16,451 nucleotides of DNA, from the NCBI GenBank assembly GCA_046484135.1, contig JAWOBU010000280.1, forward strand, positions 1 through 16,451, in the 5' to 3' direction. The DNA comes from a bacterium (lineage in GTDB: Bacteria > RBG-13-61-14 > DATKZS01). This document shows positions 15,434 to 16,451 of this stretch, in pieces; the stretch's first letter is position 1; each line of letters starts with the position of its first letter. The position numbers and the translations under genes are program-made. A model generated the notes under the pieces. It was not told where the DNA came from. It did no database searches and worked only from the letters and a program-made list of their open reading frames with translations.

Positions 15434-16451
15434 TGGCGCTTCGGGACATATTTCGGAAAAAGAAGAAAAACTGCTCGTGCGTGGTCGGCCTGGACGGCGT
15501 TCCCGCTACATTAGTGAAGCGGTTCACAGAGGACGGCACCTGGCCGTTCGTGGCCGGGCTGGTGGAGAAAGGCCATCTCCACAAGATGAAGGTCACCCTG
15601 CCGGAGATCAGCGCCGTAAGCTGGCCGTCCTTTATGACCGGGACCAACCCCGGCACCCACGGCATCTTCGGGTTTACCGAGCTTGACCGGAACTACGGCA
15701 TGCGCTTTACCAACTTCGCGGACCTTAAAACCCCCACCTTCTGGGACAAGCTGGGCGAACGCGGCAAGAAGTCGGTGGTCATAAACCAGCCCGGGACCTA
15801 TCCTGCGCGCGAAATCCCTGGTTCTCTTATAAGCGGGTTCGTGGCGGTGGACCAGCGCAAGGCGGTAAAGCCCATGAAGCTCCTGGCCGTGCTCCGCAGA
15901 AACGACTACGAGATAGACATAGACACCCAGCGTTGCAGGAAGGACCACGCCCAGCTTTTCACCGAGCTCAGAAAGACCTTGAAAGGCAGGCGCGCAGTTG
16001 CCGCCCACCTTTGGGACGAGGCGGAGTGGGACTACTTCCAGGTGGTCATTACCGGCACCGACCGTCTTCAGCATTACATCTTTCCCGCGATCGAAGACCC
16101 GGACCATCCCCGCCACAGCGAGACCATGGAGTATTACCGCTCATTGGACGGCTTTATAAAGGAGATGTGGGAGCGCTATAACTCGACAGTGGACGTGTCC
16201 GCGGAAGGGGAGGGGTTTTATCTTCTTTCCGACCACGGCTTCTGCGCGATTGAGCAGGAGGTCTACATAAACGCCTGGCTGAAGCAGGAGGGATACCTGT
16301 CCTTTACCAAGGACCCGCCCGAGGGCATGGAGGACATAAGCCCGGAGTCGGTGGCTTTTGCCCTGGACCCCGCAAGGATTTACGCGTCCCGGAACCGCCG
16401 ATGGATGCCGATCAGCACCTCTGGGAAGGCGAAGCCGGTCATGATGCCGAC
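15433..16451 (+). CDS. Alkaline phosphatase superfamily / type I phosphodiesterase-nucleotide pyrophosphatase (partial)
   Basis: ATG overlaps the upstream stop (TAATG). Translation has VVGLDGVP, LPEISAVSWPSFMTGTNPGTHGIFGF, VINQPGTYP, TGTDRLQH, LLSDHGF, YINAWL..EGYL, FALDPARIY. Open to the window end; not in the ORF track. Confidence 0.9.
   Translation, partial: MALRDIFRKKKKNCSCVVGLDGVPATLVKRFTEDGTWPFVAGLVEKGHLHKMKVTLPEISAVSWPSFMTGTNPGTHGIFGFTELDRNYGMRFTNFADLKTPTFWDKLGERGKKSVVINQPGTYPAREIPGSLISGFVAVDQRKAVKPMKLLAVLRRNDYEIDIDTQRCRKDHAQLFTELRKTLKGRRAVAAHLWDEAEWDYFQVVITGTDRLQHYIFPAIEDPDHPRHSETMEYYRSLDGFIKEMWERYNSTVDVSAEGEGFYLLSDHGFCAIEQEVYINAWLKQEGYLSFTKDPPEGMEDISPESVAFALDPARIYASRNRRWMPISTSGKAKPVMMP

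Noticed and set aside
1..16451. CRISPR array, tRNA/rRNA, integrase or transposase genes
   Set aside because: No regularly spaced repeats, cloverleaf or rRNA sequence, or recombinase motifs were seen.

Overview
GC-rich bacterial genomic window. Protein families (deltaproteobacterial-type pilin motif, DUF3786, this radical SAM family) suggest a Desulfobacterota/Myxococcota-like anaerobe, which is inference. It begins and ends inside genes. In order it holds: two tandem zinc-ribbon/DUF4190 membrane-protein paralogs (the complete one fused to a PilA-like domain) downstream of a DUF2752 gene; a Tat-exported sulfatase; an Fe-S/DUF3786 protein; an ECF sigma/zinc anti-sigma pair; coaD; an aspartate-type aminotransferase; an AT-rich patch; a CNNM/CBS/CorC gene preceded by a truncated copy of its own N-terminus; a triple zinc-finger (Com-like) protein; a radical SAM enzyme; two outer-membrane beta-barrels; two hypotheticals; and a partial alkaline-phosphatase-superfamily gene. 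The AT-rich patch encodes an AvcD-like kinase-fold/deoxycytidylate deaminase with a four-CxxC insertion, followed by a 53-aa ORF absent from the ORF track. The best candidates for new biology are that deaminase + small ORF cassette, the leaderless DUF4190-pilin fusion, and a 131-bp element with terminal inverted repeats enclosing a covarying REP-like doublet between coaD and the aminotransferase. All family assignments come from recalled motifs; no searches were run.
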